Origin: Dehalococcoidia bacterium
GTDB lineage: Bacteria > Chloroflexota > Dehalococcoidia > UBA2979
DNA length: 64,000 nucleotides
Direction: 5' to 3'
Assembly: GCA_965262725.1 (NCBI GenBank)
Contig: OZ253555.1
Coordinates: 1,344,001-1,408,000 of the forward strand
Under the pieces are notes generated by a model. It made no database searches. It was given only the letters and a program-made list of their open reading frames with translations, and was not told where the DNA came from. The position numbers and the translations under genes are program-made. Every line of letters begins with the position of its first letter. Within the stretch, counting starts at the first letter, position 1. Below, in pieces: positions 56,427-64,000 of this stretch.

Positions 56427-57536
56427 ATGCGATCGAGGCGCGTGCTCGCCGCCGTCGTCGCGCTCACCGCCGCGCTCTCCGTGGGCGGCGGCGCGGCGCA
56501 GGCGGAGCACCCGGTGCTGGGCGCGTTCGTGGGCGTGCCGCCCTCGGGATCCTCCCTCGGCGTGGTCGTGACGACGGAGTCGGTGCCCGCTGCGGCGCTC
56601 GTCGCGACCATGCGGCAGGCGGGCTGCGACCCGATGAGCATGAGCATGGTGGCCTCCGGCGCGACCCGAGTCTTCGTTCCCGGCGCGCCACGCTTCGTGA
56701 ACGCGCGCTTTCCCGGGACGGTTCGGGGCGGGACGCAGATCGTGGTGCGATGCGCGGCCGCTGTCGTGCCGTCCGTCGACCCGGAGAACGCGAGCTACGT
56801 GATCGACGGCAGGACGCTGACGCTCGCGGACGGCCGCTACGACGTTCCGGCCGCCCCCGGCTCGGCGGCGCGCGATGTCACCGAGCTCGGCGCGCACCGC
56901 TCGTACGGCGATCTCGACGGCGACGGCGTCGCCGACGCTGCCGCTGCGCTGGTGCAGAACCCCGGCGGGACCGGCACCTTCCACTATCTGGCAGTGGAGC
57001 CGGGCGGCTCACACCGACCGGCTCCGACGGTCTTTCTCGGCGACCGCGTGATCGTCGAGCACGTCGCGATCGCGCACGGCCGCGTCACCGTCGCCTATCT
57101 GAACCGGAGCTTCGGCGATGCCATGGCGTTCCCGCCGACGGTCCCGATCGTGCGGCACTTCGCGCTGGAGGACGGCGCGCTCGTCGACGTGGGGAGCGGT
57201 GCCTGCGAGGCGCCGGCCCTCGAAACGGTAGGCTCGTTCGTGATCGTGACCTCGCCCCCCTCGGGGACAGAGGTGCTGGCGCGCTTCGCCGTGACCGGCT
57301 GCTCGCGCACCTTCGAGTCGACCGTGAACTGGCGCCTGCTCGACCGCGAAGGGGCCGAGCTCGCCTCCGGCTTCGCCAGCGGCGGCGGAGTCGACGGGCT
57401 CGCCCGCTTCGCCTTTACCGTCGAGTACGACGTCTCTTCGCGGCAGGTCGGCCGCCTCGAGGTCTTCGAGGTGGACGCCTCCGAGGGCGAGGGACTGCCG
57501 CCCCCGATGGAGGCGATCACGCTGATCCTGCGCTAG
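56427..57536 (+). CDS. Secreted multidomain protein with a C-terminal Gmad2-like Ig domain
   Basis: Signal peptide (AQA), GDLDGDG motif, VTGCSRTFESTVNWRL; extended -10 TGCTACCAT at 56388. Confidence 0.7.
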   Translation: MRSRRVLAAVVALTAALSVGGGAAQAEHPVLGAFVGVPPSGSSLGVVVTTESVPAAALVATMRQAGCDPMSMSMVASGATRVFVPGAPRFVNARFPGTVRGGTQIVVRCAAAVVPSVDPENASYVIDGRTLTLADGRYDVPAAPGSAARDVTELGAHRSYGDLDGDGVADAAAALVQNPGGTGTFHYLAVEPGGSHRPAPTVFLGDRVIVEHVAIAHGRVTVAYLNRSFGDAMAFPPTVPIVRHFALEDGALVDVGSGACEAPALETVGSFVIVTSPPSGTEVLARFAVTGCSRTFESTVNWRLLDREGAELASGFASGGGVDGLARFAFTVEYDVSSRQVGRLEVFEVDASEGEGLPPPMEAITLILR

Positions 57537-57564
57537 CTGGCGCGGCGCAGGGGAGGGAGCAGCA

Positions 57565-58311
57565 GTGGCGCCGATCGCCGCCGTGCTCTTCGACCTCGAC
57601 GAGACGCTTCTCGACGACGATGCCTCGATGCGGCGCGCGGTCGCTGCCGTATGCGCGTCGCTGGCGGAGGGCTATGGGCTCTCGGCCGAGCGCCTCTCGA
57701 AGGCGTGCATCGACTTCGCCTCCGCTGCGTGGGCGGAGCTGGGGAGCGTGACGGCGACAGACGTGCTGCGGGACGGACGGGCCATCCGCGTCTGGATGTG
57801 GACCGAGGTCCTCGGGAAGTTCGACCCCGGGCTTCGCGCTGTCGCCGAGCGTGCCGCGGAGCAGTACAGCCTGGCCAGGCGCCGGACGTATGCGCTCTTC
57901 GAGGACGTCATACCCGCGATAGAGAGTCTGGCCGCGAGCTACAGGCTCGGCGTCGTCACCAACGGCCCCGGGGACACGCAACGAGAGAAGCTCGGGGCAC
58001 TGGAGCTCGACCGGTACTTCGAGACGGTCGTGGTATCCGGAGACGCCGGCGTGGGGAAGCCCGACCCGGCGATCTTCGGGCTCGCCCTGGAGGCGCTGGA
58101 TCTCGAGCCGCACCGCGCCGTGCACGTCGGGGACTCGCTCGCAAGCGATGTCGCCGGTGCCGCCCGGGCGGGAGTCCACACTGTGTGGCTCAATCGCTCG
58201 GGCGCGGTGCTCCCACACGCTGCGGTGCGTCCCGGGACCACCATCGACACCCTGGCGGATCTATCGGCCGTGGTTTCGCGCATCCGCGAGGGCGCGGCCC
58301 CCTCGTCGTGA
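57565..58311 (+). CDS. HAD-family hydrolase
   Basis: FDLDETL, VTNG, KPDP.IF, VGDS..SDVAGA. Confidence 0.92.
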   Translation: MAPIAAVLFDLDETLLDDDASMRRAVAAVCASLAEGYGLSAERLSKACIDFASAAWAELGSVTATDVLRDGRAIRVWMWTEVLGKFDPGLRAVAERAAEQYSLARRRTYALFEDVIPAIESLAASYRLGVVTNGPGDTQREKLGALELDRYFETVVVSGDAGVGKPDPAIFGLALEALDLEPHRAVHVGDSLASDVAGAARAGVHTVWLNRSGAVLPHAAVRPGTTIDTLADLSAVVSRIREGAAPSS

Positions 58312-58392
58312 CCCCCGCGACGGTCGGTCGCGTTCGCCCGCCTGCTCCCCGGCGGTGCCGTGTGGCATGTGCGCTGGTGCTGGTTGTAGCGC

Positions 58393-58590
58393 CTAGGCCG
58401 TCGGATGCCGGGGAGCGTTCCACTCGGGGTTCGCCCCGCGCCGTACCTGAGCGCTGAAGTTCTGGTACGGCGCGCCGGGCAGCGAGTAGTCCTGGAGCGA
58501 GCTCAGCTCGATGAGTGTGTGGAGCCCGAAGCCGCCGCGGGGGATGCCCGTGCCGTCGCTGAGGCTGCTGGCCGAAGTCCCTGATGTCAT
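58393..58590 (-). CDS. Small hypothetical protein (65 aa)
   Basis: ATG 58590, purine-rich RBS GGAGAAGGGGA, extended -10 TGCTACTAT at 58646-58638. Confidence 0.55.
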   Translation of the reverse strand: MTSGTSASSLSDGTGIPRGGFGLHTLIELSSLQDYSLPGAPYQNFSAQVRRGANPEWNAPRHPTA

Positions 58591-58758
58591 CGCGCGTCCC
58601 CTTCTCCGGTGGTCTCCCTGCACGTCGTCGCCCGCGGATAGTAGCAGCAGCCGGGCGGCTTGCTCCTCCCCACGCTGGCGCCCCGGGTCCGGGGCACCGG
58701 ACAGGATCGCCGGGTCGGCGCTAGTCTGAGCCTGCGCGGAATCGAGGGACACGCAGCG

Positions 58759-59730
58759 ATGACCGGCGGGCCGCGGCTGGGCGTGGGTTTCGCGATACCT
58801 CAGGCGCTCCCGGAGGGGCCGCCCGATGCGGCGCTGGCCGCCGGGCAGGTCGAGCGGGTGCGTCTGGTCGCGCGCCGGGCCGAGGAGATCGGCTACGAGG
58901 GTGGCTGGGTCGCCGAGCAGGTCGTCGGCGATCGCCGCCTCGTGGAACCGGTCGTCCTCCTCTCCTACGTGGCCGGCATCACGTCGGTGCTGGGCCTGGG
59001 CTGCTCGGTCTTCATCCTGCCGCAGCGCCAGCCCGTCACCTTCGCGAAGCAGCTCGCGGGTCTCGATCTCATGAGCGGAGGCCGGCTCACCGTCGGGCTC
59101 GGGATCGGCGCTTCCGACGAGCTGGCGCCGGCCTTCGGTGTCGCCCGCGGGCGGCGGGCGGCCCGCTTCGCCGAGGCCGTGGGGGTGATGGATCGGCTGT
59201 GGGGCGGCGGCCGGGTCGACGTCACCGGTGAGTTCTTTCGCCTCGACGGCGTGCAGATCGACGCGGGCCCCCTCCAGAGGCCGCGGCCCCGGCTCTGGCT
59301 CGGCGGCCACGCCGTGCCCGCGCTCCGGCGTGCCGTCCGCGTCGCCGACGGGTGGATGGGCGCGGGCGCGTCGAGCGGCGACGCCTTCGCCGAGCAGCTG
59401 GCGATCGTGCGGAGGATGCTGGAGGAGACGGGACGCGACCCGGCGACCTTCGCGCTCTCCAAGCGCGTCTACGTGAGCGTCGACGGTCGCGGCGACCGTG
59501 CGAGGGCGCGGGTCAGGGGATCGAGGCTGGCGGAGAGTGCAATCGTCGGGCGGCCGGAAGAGGTGATCGCGCGCCTCGAGGAGCTGCTCGCGACGGGACT
59601 GGATCACCTGCTGCTCGATCCGGTCGCGGAGCACGAGTACCACCTGGAGGCGCTCGCGCCGCTCGCCTCGCGCGGCGTCGACGGGCCGCGGCGGGGGAGC
59701 GGAGACGGCGCGCCGGCACGGGCCGGGTAG
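58759..59730 (+). CDS. LLM-class flavin/F420-dependent oxidoreductase
   Basis: AEEIGYEGGWVAEQ, LDLMSGGRLTVGLG, PLQRPRPRLWLGG. Confidence 0.9.
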   Translation: MTGGPRLGVGFAIPQALPEGPPDAALAAGQVERVRLVARRAEEIGYEGGWVAEQVVGDRRLVEPVVLLSYVAGITSVLGLGCSVFILPQRQPVTFAKQLAGLDLMSGGRLTVGLGIGASDELAPAFGVARGRRAARFAEAVGVMDRLWGGGRVDVTGEFFRLDGVQIDAGPLQRPRPRLWLGGHAVPALRRAVRVADGWMGAGASSGDAFAEQLAIVRRMLEETGRDPATFALSKRVYVSVDGRGDRARARVRGSRLAESAIVGRPEEVIARLEELLATGLDHLLLDPVAEHEYHLEALAPLASRGVDGPRRGSGDGAPARAG

Positions 59731-59740
59731 CGGGAGGAGG

Positions 59741-60265
59741 ATGGCGATGGGACGCAAGTACAACACCGAGCGCGCCGTCTCGGCCGAGGAGGCCGAGATG
59801 CATCGCGCGGAGATCCTCGCCTTCATGGCGGATTGGGACGATGTCGCGAAGTACTTGCTCACCTACCGGCGGGACGGCCGGCCGCGCATGCGCCCGGTCG
59901 GTGCCTACATGGACGGGTGGCACATCCAGACCCTGACGCAGGACGTGCACCTGAAGACCGGCCACGTCAGACGCGACGGCCGCGTCGCCTACCTCTTCTC
60001 CGGGATGAGCGGCCGCGATCGCGGCAATGACCCCGTGAGCGTCTTCGTGGAGGGCGTCGCCGAGCTGATAGAGGACCAGGAGAGCGTGAGGCGCTTCGTG
60101 CTCTGGCGGGCGGAGCGGCTCGGCCTCGATCCGAGCTACCCGCGCGACGACTTCGTCCCGTTCCTGATCCGCACGACGCCGCTCTACCTGCGCGCCGAGG
60201 GCTTCACCGGCCGCCGCCACCCCGTCGTGTACACGAGCTTCCCGGTGGCGGCCGCGCCGTCGTAG
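59741..60265 (+). CDS. PNPOx/split-barrel-like hypothetical protein (paralogue 5)
   Basis: Closest to 3617-4120 (MGRKY..ERAV, YLRAEGFTGRR.P.VY); RBS GGAGGAGG. Confidence 0.72.
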   Translation: MAMGRKYNTERAVSAEEAEMHRAEILAFMADWDDVAKYLLTYRRDGRPRMRPVGAYMDGWHIQTLTQDVHLKTGHVRRDGRVAYLFSGMSGRDRGNDPVSVFVEGVAELIEDQESVRRFVLWRAERLGLDPSYPRDDFVPFLIRTTPLYLRAEGFTGRRHPVVYTSFPVAAAPS

Positions 60266-60363
60266 CGGCGCGGTCACCGGACCGCACCCGGGCTCCGTGG
60301 CCGGATCGGCGGTCGAAAGCGCGCGCGCCTTCGTCGTAGCATGGGGCTCGTCTCGGTGACTGT

Positions 60364-60532
60364 GGAGGAGGGGCGCGATGAACCAGACCATGACGATGCT
60401 CAAGCGCGGCTTTGTGCTGAGCCCGCACGGGAACATCGAGTACTGGGAGGAGGGGCGCGATGAACCAGACCATGACGATGCTCAAGCGCGGCTTTGTGCT
60501 GAGCCCGCACGGGAACATCGAGTACTGGGAGG
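60364..60532 (+). repeat. Perfect 82-bp tandem duplication of the RBS and gene start
   Basis: Units 60364-60445 and 60446-60527, bounded by GGAGG microhomology (60528-60532). Confidence 0.92.
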
Positions 60533-61281
60533 TGGGGAGCGGGAAGCCGCTCGTCATGCTCCACTCCACCCCGAGCTCCTGCATGGCCTTCCGCGACGTG
60601 GCGCCGCTCCTCGCCGGCGAGGTGCGCGTGATCTCGATGTCGACGATGGGTTTCGGCCAGTCGGACCGTCCGCCCGAGGCGTACACCACGCTCCACCAGT
60701 TCGCGCAGGCTGTGGTGTGGTTGATGGATGGGCTTGAGCTAGAGAGGGCGAGCGTCTATGGGCTGCTCACGGGCTCCGAGATCGCGGCCGAGGTGGCCGC
60801 CAGCTGGCCCGAGCGCGTTGACCAGCTGATTCTCGATGAGGTCTTCAACTGGAACACGCCGTCGCGCAGAGCCGTGCACGAGCGTCTCCATCGCTACATC
60901 CCCGCGCAGCCGGACGGCAGCCACCTGCTCGAGCTCTGGCGCAAGGTCGGCGGCGACCGCCCGTCCGTGGACCTCAAGGTCGCGACGCAGCGCTTCATGA
61001 ACAACCTGCTCGTCAACTCGAACGAGGGGGCCGCGGTCTACGGGAGCACCGGGTGGGAGGGCGCCGCCACCTACGCCATGTGCCGCTACGAGATGTGGGA
61101 CGCGACGCCGAAGATCGAGGCGCCGACGCTCGTGATGCACACGGTCGACAGCGAGCGCGGGCGCGCACACCCGAAGTTCCTCCGGACGATCCGCCGCTCG
61201 CGCGGCGTGCGCCTCCCCAACCGCGAGCCCGAGCTCTGGGCCTCCGAGCTCCTCGCCTTCCTGAGGGAGCCGGGGGTCTAG
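60460..61281 (+). CDS. Alpha/beta fold protein with an atypical nucleophile elbow
   Basis: GSGKPLVMLH, GFGQSD, YGLLTG, PERVDQLIL. Confidence 0.82.
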   Translation: MNQTMTMLKRGFVLSPHGNIEYWEVGSGKPLVMLHSTPSSCMAFRDVAPLLAGEVRVISMSTMGFGQSDRPPEAYTTLHQFAQAVVWLMDGLELERASVYGLLTGSEIAAEVAASWPERVDQLILDEVFNWNTPSRRAVHERLHRYIPAQPDGSHLLELWRKVGGDRPSVDLKVATQRFMNNLLVNSNEGAAVYGSTGWEGAATYAMCRYEMWDATPKIEAPTLVMHTVDSERGRAHPKFLRTIRRSRGVRLPNREPELWASELLAFLREPGV

Positions 61282-61339
61282 CGAGTCGGCGGACGGCGCG
61301 CGGCCCTCGGGACCGGACCGCCGCCGCTCGCTCCCCGAT

Positions 61340-62584
61340 CTAGCCGAAGGCGCCCCGCCGCTCGCGGTCGCGCAGCTCCGCCGCGCCCAGGCCCAGAACC
61401 TCCGAGAGCACCTCGGCGGTGTGCTCGCCGAGGTGGGGCGCGGAGTCCCGCGGGCCGTGGCGGGCGCCTTCGATGCGGAAGCCGAGCCTCGCCAGCGGGG
61501 GCGACCTCACGCCCCGATGCGGCGGCCGCACGTAGTGGTCGCGGCTCGCGAGCTGCGGGTCGTGGAGGAGGTCGAACCCGTCTCGGACGGGCGCGCAGGG
61601 GACGCCCGCCCCGCGGAGCGCGCCGAGCACCTCCTCCAGGGCGCGCGAGCCGGTCCACGCCGCGATCACGCCGTCGAGCTCCTCCTCGTGCGCCTTGCGC
61701 CCCGCGGCGCCCTCGAACCGCGGATCGTCGAGCGAGCGCTCGCCCGCGGCCTCGGCGAGCGCGCGCCACTCGGAGTCGTCGTGGACGGCGAGCGCGACCC
61801 AGCGCTCCCGCCCGTCGCCGCCGTCCAGGCAGCGATAGGCGTTGTGCGGCGCGGCGGCGGGCGAGCGGTTTCCCTCCACGCCGCGCACGACCCCGGTCAG
61901 CGCGTGCTCGAGCAACTCCGCCCCCAGTAGCCCGGCGACGGACTCGAGCTGCGGGATCTCGATGAGCTGGCCGCGGCCGGTCCGACGCCTTCGCCGGAGG
62001 GCGGCGAGGATGGCGATCGTGGCGTTCAGGGGGTTGGTCGCGTGATCCGGCATGATGCCGCGGGGGCCGACCGGCGAGGGATCGCCGCCGAGCGGCCCGC
62101 TCCTGCTCATCAGCCCCCCGAGCGCGGTGAGGTGGTTGCCGCCGCCGGCGAGGCCCGAGCGCGGCCCCACGCTCCCGACGAGCGGCATGCGCACCATGAC
62201 GATGTCGGGCCGGAGCTTCCGGACGCCCTCGTAGTCGAGGCCCCAGCGCTCGACCGTCCCCGGCGTGAAGTTCTCCAGGAAGACGTCGCTCGCGGCGATC
62301 AGCCGCCGCAGCAGCTCGAGGCCGGGCTCCGTCGAGAGGTCGAGCGCGACGCTGCGCACGCCGGCGTTGTAGCTGTTGAACCATCCGCTCATCTCGATCG
62401 TGCGCGCCTCGGGCGGCACCTCGGCGGGGAAGGGCGCGACGCTCCGCGCCGGGTCGACGCGGGTCGGCGTCTCGATCTTGATCACCTCCGCGCCCTGGTC
62501 GGCGAGCCAGCGGCCGACCAGCGGCCCCGCGATGAACCAGGTGAGTTCCACCATCCGCACGCCCTGAAGCGGGTAGCCGGCCAC
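61340..62584 (-). CDS. Family III CoA-transferase (Asp-bearing subunit)
   Basis: IAGP, GAEVIKIE, IMPDH. Confidence 0.9.
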   Translation of the reverse strand: MAGYPLQGVRMVELTWFIAGPLVGRWLADQGAEVIKIETPTRVDPARSVAPFPAEVPPEARTIEMSGWFNSYNAGVRSVALDLSTEPGLELLRRLIAASDVFLENFTPGTVERWGLDYEGVRKLRPDIVMVRMPLVGSVGPRSGLAGGGNHLTALGGLMSRSGPLGGDPSPVGPRGIMPDHATNPLNATIAILAALRRRRRTGRGQLIEIPQLESVAGLLGAELLEHALTGVVRGVEGNRSPAAAPHNAYRCLDGGDGRERWVALAVHDDSEWRALAEAAGERSLDDPRFEGAAGRKAHEEELDGVIAAWTGSRALEEVLGALRGAGVPCAPVRDGFDLLHDPQLASRDHYVRPPHRGVRSPPLARLGFRIEGARHGPRDSAPHLGEHTAEVLSEVLGLGAAELRDRERRGAFG

Positions 62585-62585
62585 G

Positions 62586-63827
62586 TCAGATCACCCCCCG
62601 GGCGGCGAGGTCGTCGAGGCGCTCGCGGGGGACGCCGAGCTCCCCCCGGTAGATCTCGTCGTTGTGCTCCCCGACCAGCGGCGCGTCGTGCCTCGTCCCG
62701 GCCGGCGTCTCGGAGAGCCGGTAGGGGGGTCCGGGGTAGTCGACGCCGAGGCCGCGCCCGGGATCGGCGGGGGGCCGGAACCAGCCCCGGGCGTGGAGCT
62801 GGGGATCGCGGGCGAGATCGGCGGTCGTCTGCAGCGGGTAGAGCATGAAGCCGCGCGGGATGCTGCCGTCGCAGAGCTCGTCCATGGTGTGCCGGGCGAA
62901 GAAGGCGCGGACCGCTTGCTCCGCCTCGTGGCGGCGGGCCATGCGGTAGTCGGGGTCGTTCCAGCGCGCATCGCCCACCCACTCCGTGGCGATGCCGTCC
63001 TGTGCCATCCACTCGATGAACTCCGGCCAGTGCCGGCCCGGGACCTGGCCCCAGCCGGCGACGACGTGGCCGTCCGCGCACGGGTAGATGCCGTCGGCGG
63101 GAGGGCTCGACTCCCCCCGCGCCGGGCGCCGCCCCTGATCCGAGCCGTCGAGCTCCGCACCGACCGCCATCTGCGCGCAGGCGGCGGCGACGCACTCCGC
63201 GACCGAGACGTCGACCACCCGCGCCCCCTCGCCCGCATCCGGCGCCAGCAGCGCGCTCAGCACGCCGACCGCGGCCTGCTGACCGGCGGCGACGAGGGCG
63301 AGCTCGCCGCCCCAGCGGAAGGGGGGGTCGCCGCTCCACCCCATCGCGAGCAGGAAGCCGCCAGCGGCGGCGAGCGTCAGGTCGGTGCCGGGGAGCTCGG
63401 CGTCGGGGCCGCGGAGACCGTAGGGGGTGATCGCCGCCCAGAGCGCGCCGTCCGAGGCGAGCGCCGAGCTCGTGACGCCGAGCGCACCGAGCCCTCCGCG
63501 TCCCGAGGCGTCGACCACGACGTCAGCGCCCGAGAGAAGCGCTCCGAGCAGCTCGTTGCCCTCGGGCGTGCCGGCGCGCGCGGTGATGCCGCGCTTCCCT
63601 GCGTGCTCGTGGAGGAAGGGGATGCTCCTCTCGCGCTCCTCGCCGGCCGGGAGCAGGGGCGGGCGCCCCCGGGCGGGGTCGCCCCCGGGCGGCTCGAGCA
63701 GGATCACGTCGGCGCCGAGCTCGGCGAGGATGCGCCCGCAGTGCGCCCCGGCCGCAGCCACCGCGCTCCCGCCGAACTCGACGACGCGCAGGCCGTCGAG
63801 CGCACCGGGCCCCGGGTCGGCGCTCAT
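62586..63827 (-). CDS. Family III CoA-transferase-like subunit (no catalytic Asp)
   Basis: LGADVILLEPPGGDP, AGKRG, ITPYG. Confidence 0.87.
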   Translation of the reverse strand: MSADPGPGALDGLRVVEFGGSAVAAAGAHCGRILAELGADVILLEPPGGDPARGRPPLLPAGEERERSIPFLHEHAGKRGITARAGTPEGNELLGALLSGADVVVDASGRGGLGALGVTSSALASDGALWAAITPYGLRGPDAELPGTDLTLAAAGGFLLAMGWSGDPPFRWGGELALVAAGQQAAVGVLSALLAPDAGEGARVVDVSVAECVAAACAQMAVGAELDGSDQGRRPARGESSPPADGIYPCADGHVVAGWGQVPGRHWPEFIEWMAQDGIATEWVGDARWNDPDYRMARRHEAEQAVRAFFARHTMDELCDGSIPRGFMLYPLQTTADLARDPQLHARGWFRPPADPGRGLGVDYPGPPYRLSETPAGTRHDAPLVGEHNDEIYRGELGVPRERLDDLAARGVI

Positions 63828-64000
63828 CGCTCGCCGCCCGCGGGGAGCGGGCCCCCGTCCGGCGTCTCGATGAACCACTTCACGCGTTGCCTCCCGCGCG
63901 CCACCGGACGGTCGTCGGCGTCTCGGGTCTCGAATTCGATGGTGCGGAACCAGCAGCGGCCGGAGATTCCCTTGTCGGCCCAGCGCGTGCGGACTCGCAG
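63824..64000 (-). CDS. 3' end of a probable hotdog/MaoC-like protein (partial)
   Basis: LRVRTRWADKG...IEFETRDADDRPVARGRQRVKW; ATGA overlap with the CaiB gene. Confidence 0.45.
   Translation of the reverse strand: MRVRTRWADKGISGRCWFRTIEFETRDADDRPVARGRQRVKWFIETPDGGPLPAGGER

Noticed and set aside
58393-58590. Mycofactocin or other known RiPP precursor
   Set aside because: No IDGMCGVY-like core and no radical SAM or other maturase in the window
1-64000. tRNA, rRNA, riboswitches and intrinsic terminators
   Set aside because: None recognisable by eye; GC hairpins lack U-tracts; a covariance-model search would be needed

Overview
High-GC bacterial chromosomal segment. The gene style suggests Chloroflexota/Dehalococcoidia (inference only): Ala/Pro/Thr-linker Tat lipoprotein SBP, many CaiB transferases, acyl-CoA dehydrogenases and LLM oxidoreductases. 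Most of the window is catabolic: 7 family-III CoA-transferases, 3 acyl-CoA dehydrogenases, 2 LLM oxidoreductases, amidohydrolases, a formyl-CoA-transferase/HACL-OXC operon and a maleamate-like cluster. It also has a YeeE-TusA-rhodanese sulfur module, a csoR-copA copper locus and five paralogues of an uncharacterised PNPOx/split-barrel-like family. The standout is a nested mobile-element stack at 45970-52509 whose junctions can all be rebuilt base by base. An IS630 element is interrupted, antisense, by an RT-encoding group II intron. That intron's RT gene is interrupted by a related ORF-less group II intron (a twintron) with a changed EBS1. The inner intron's domain IV carries an IS5, and an identical IS5 sits at the IS630 end. 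Two unannotated small genes with good promoter/RBS signals and an 82-bp tandem duplication of a gene start were also found. No rRNA, tRNA or CRISPR array was seen.
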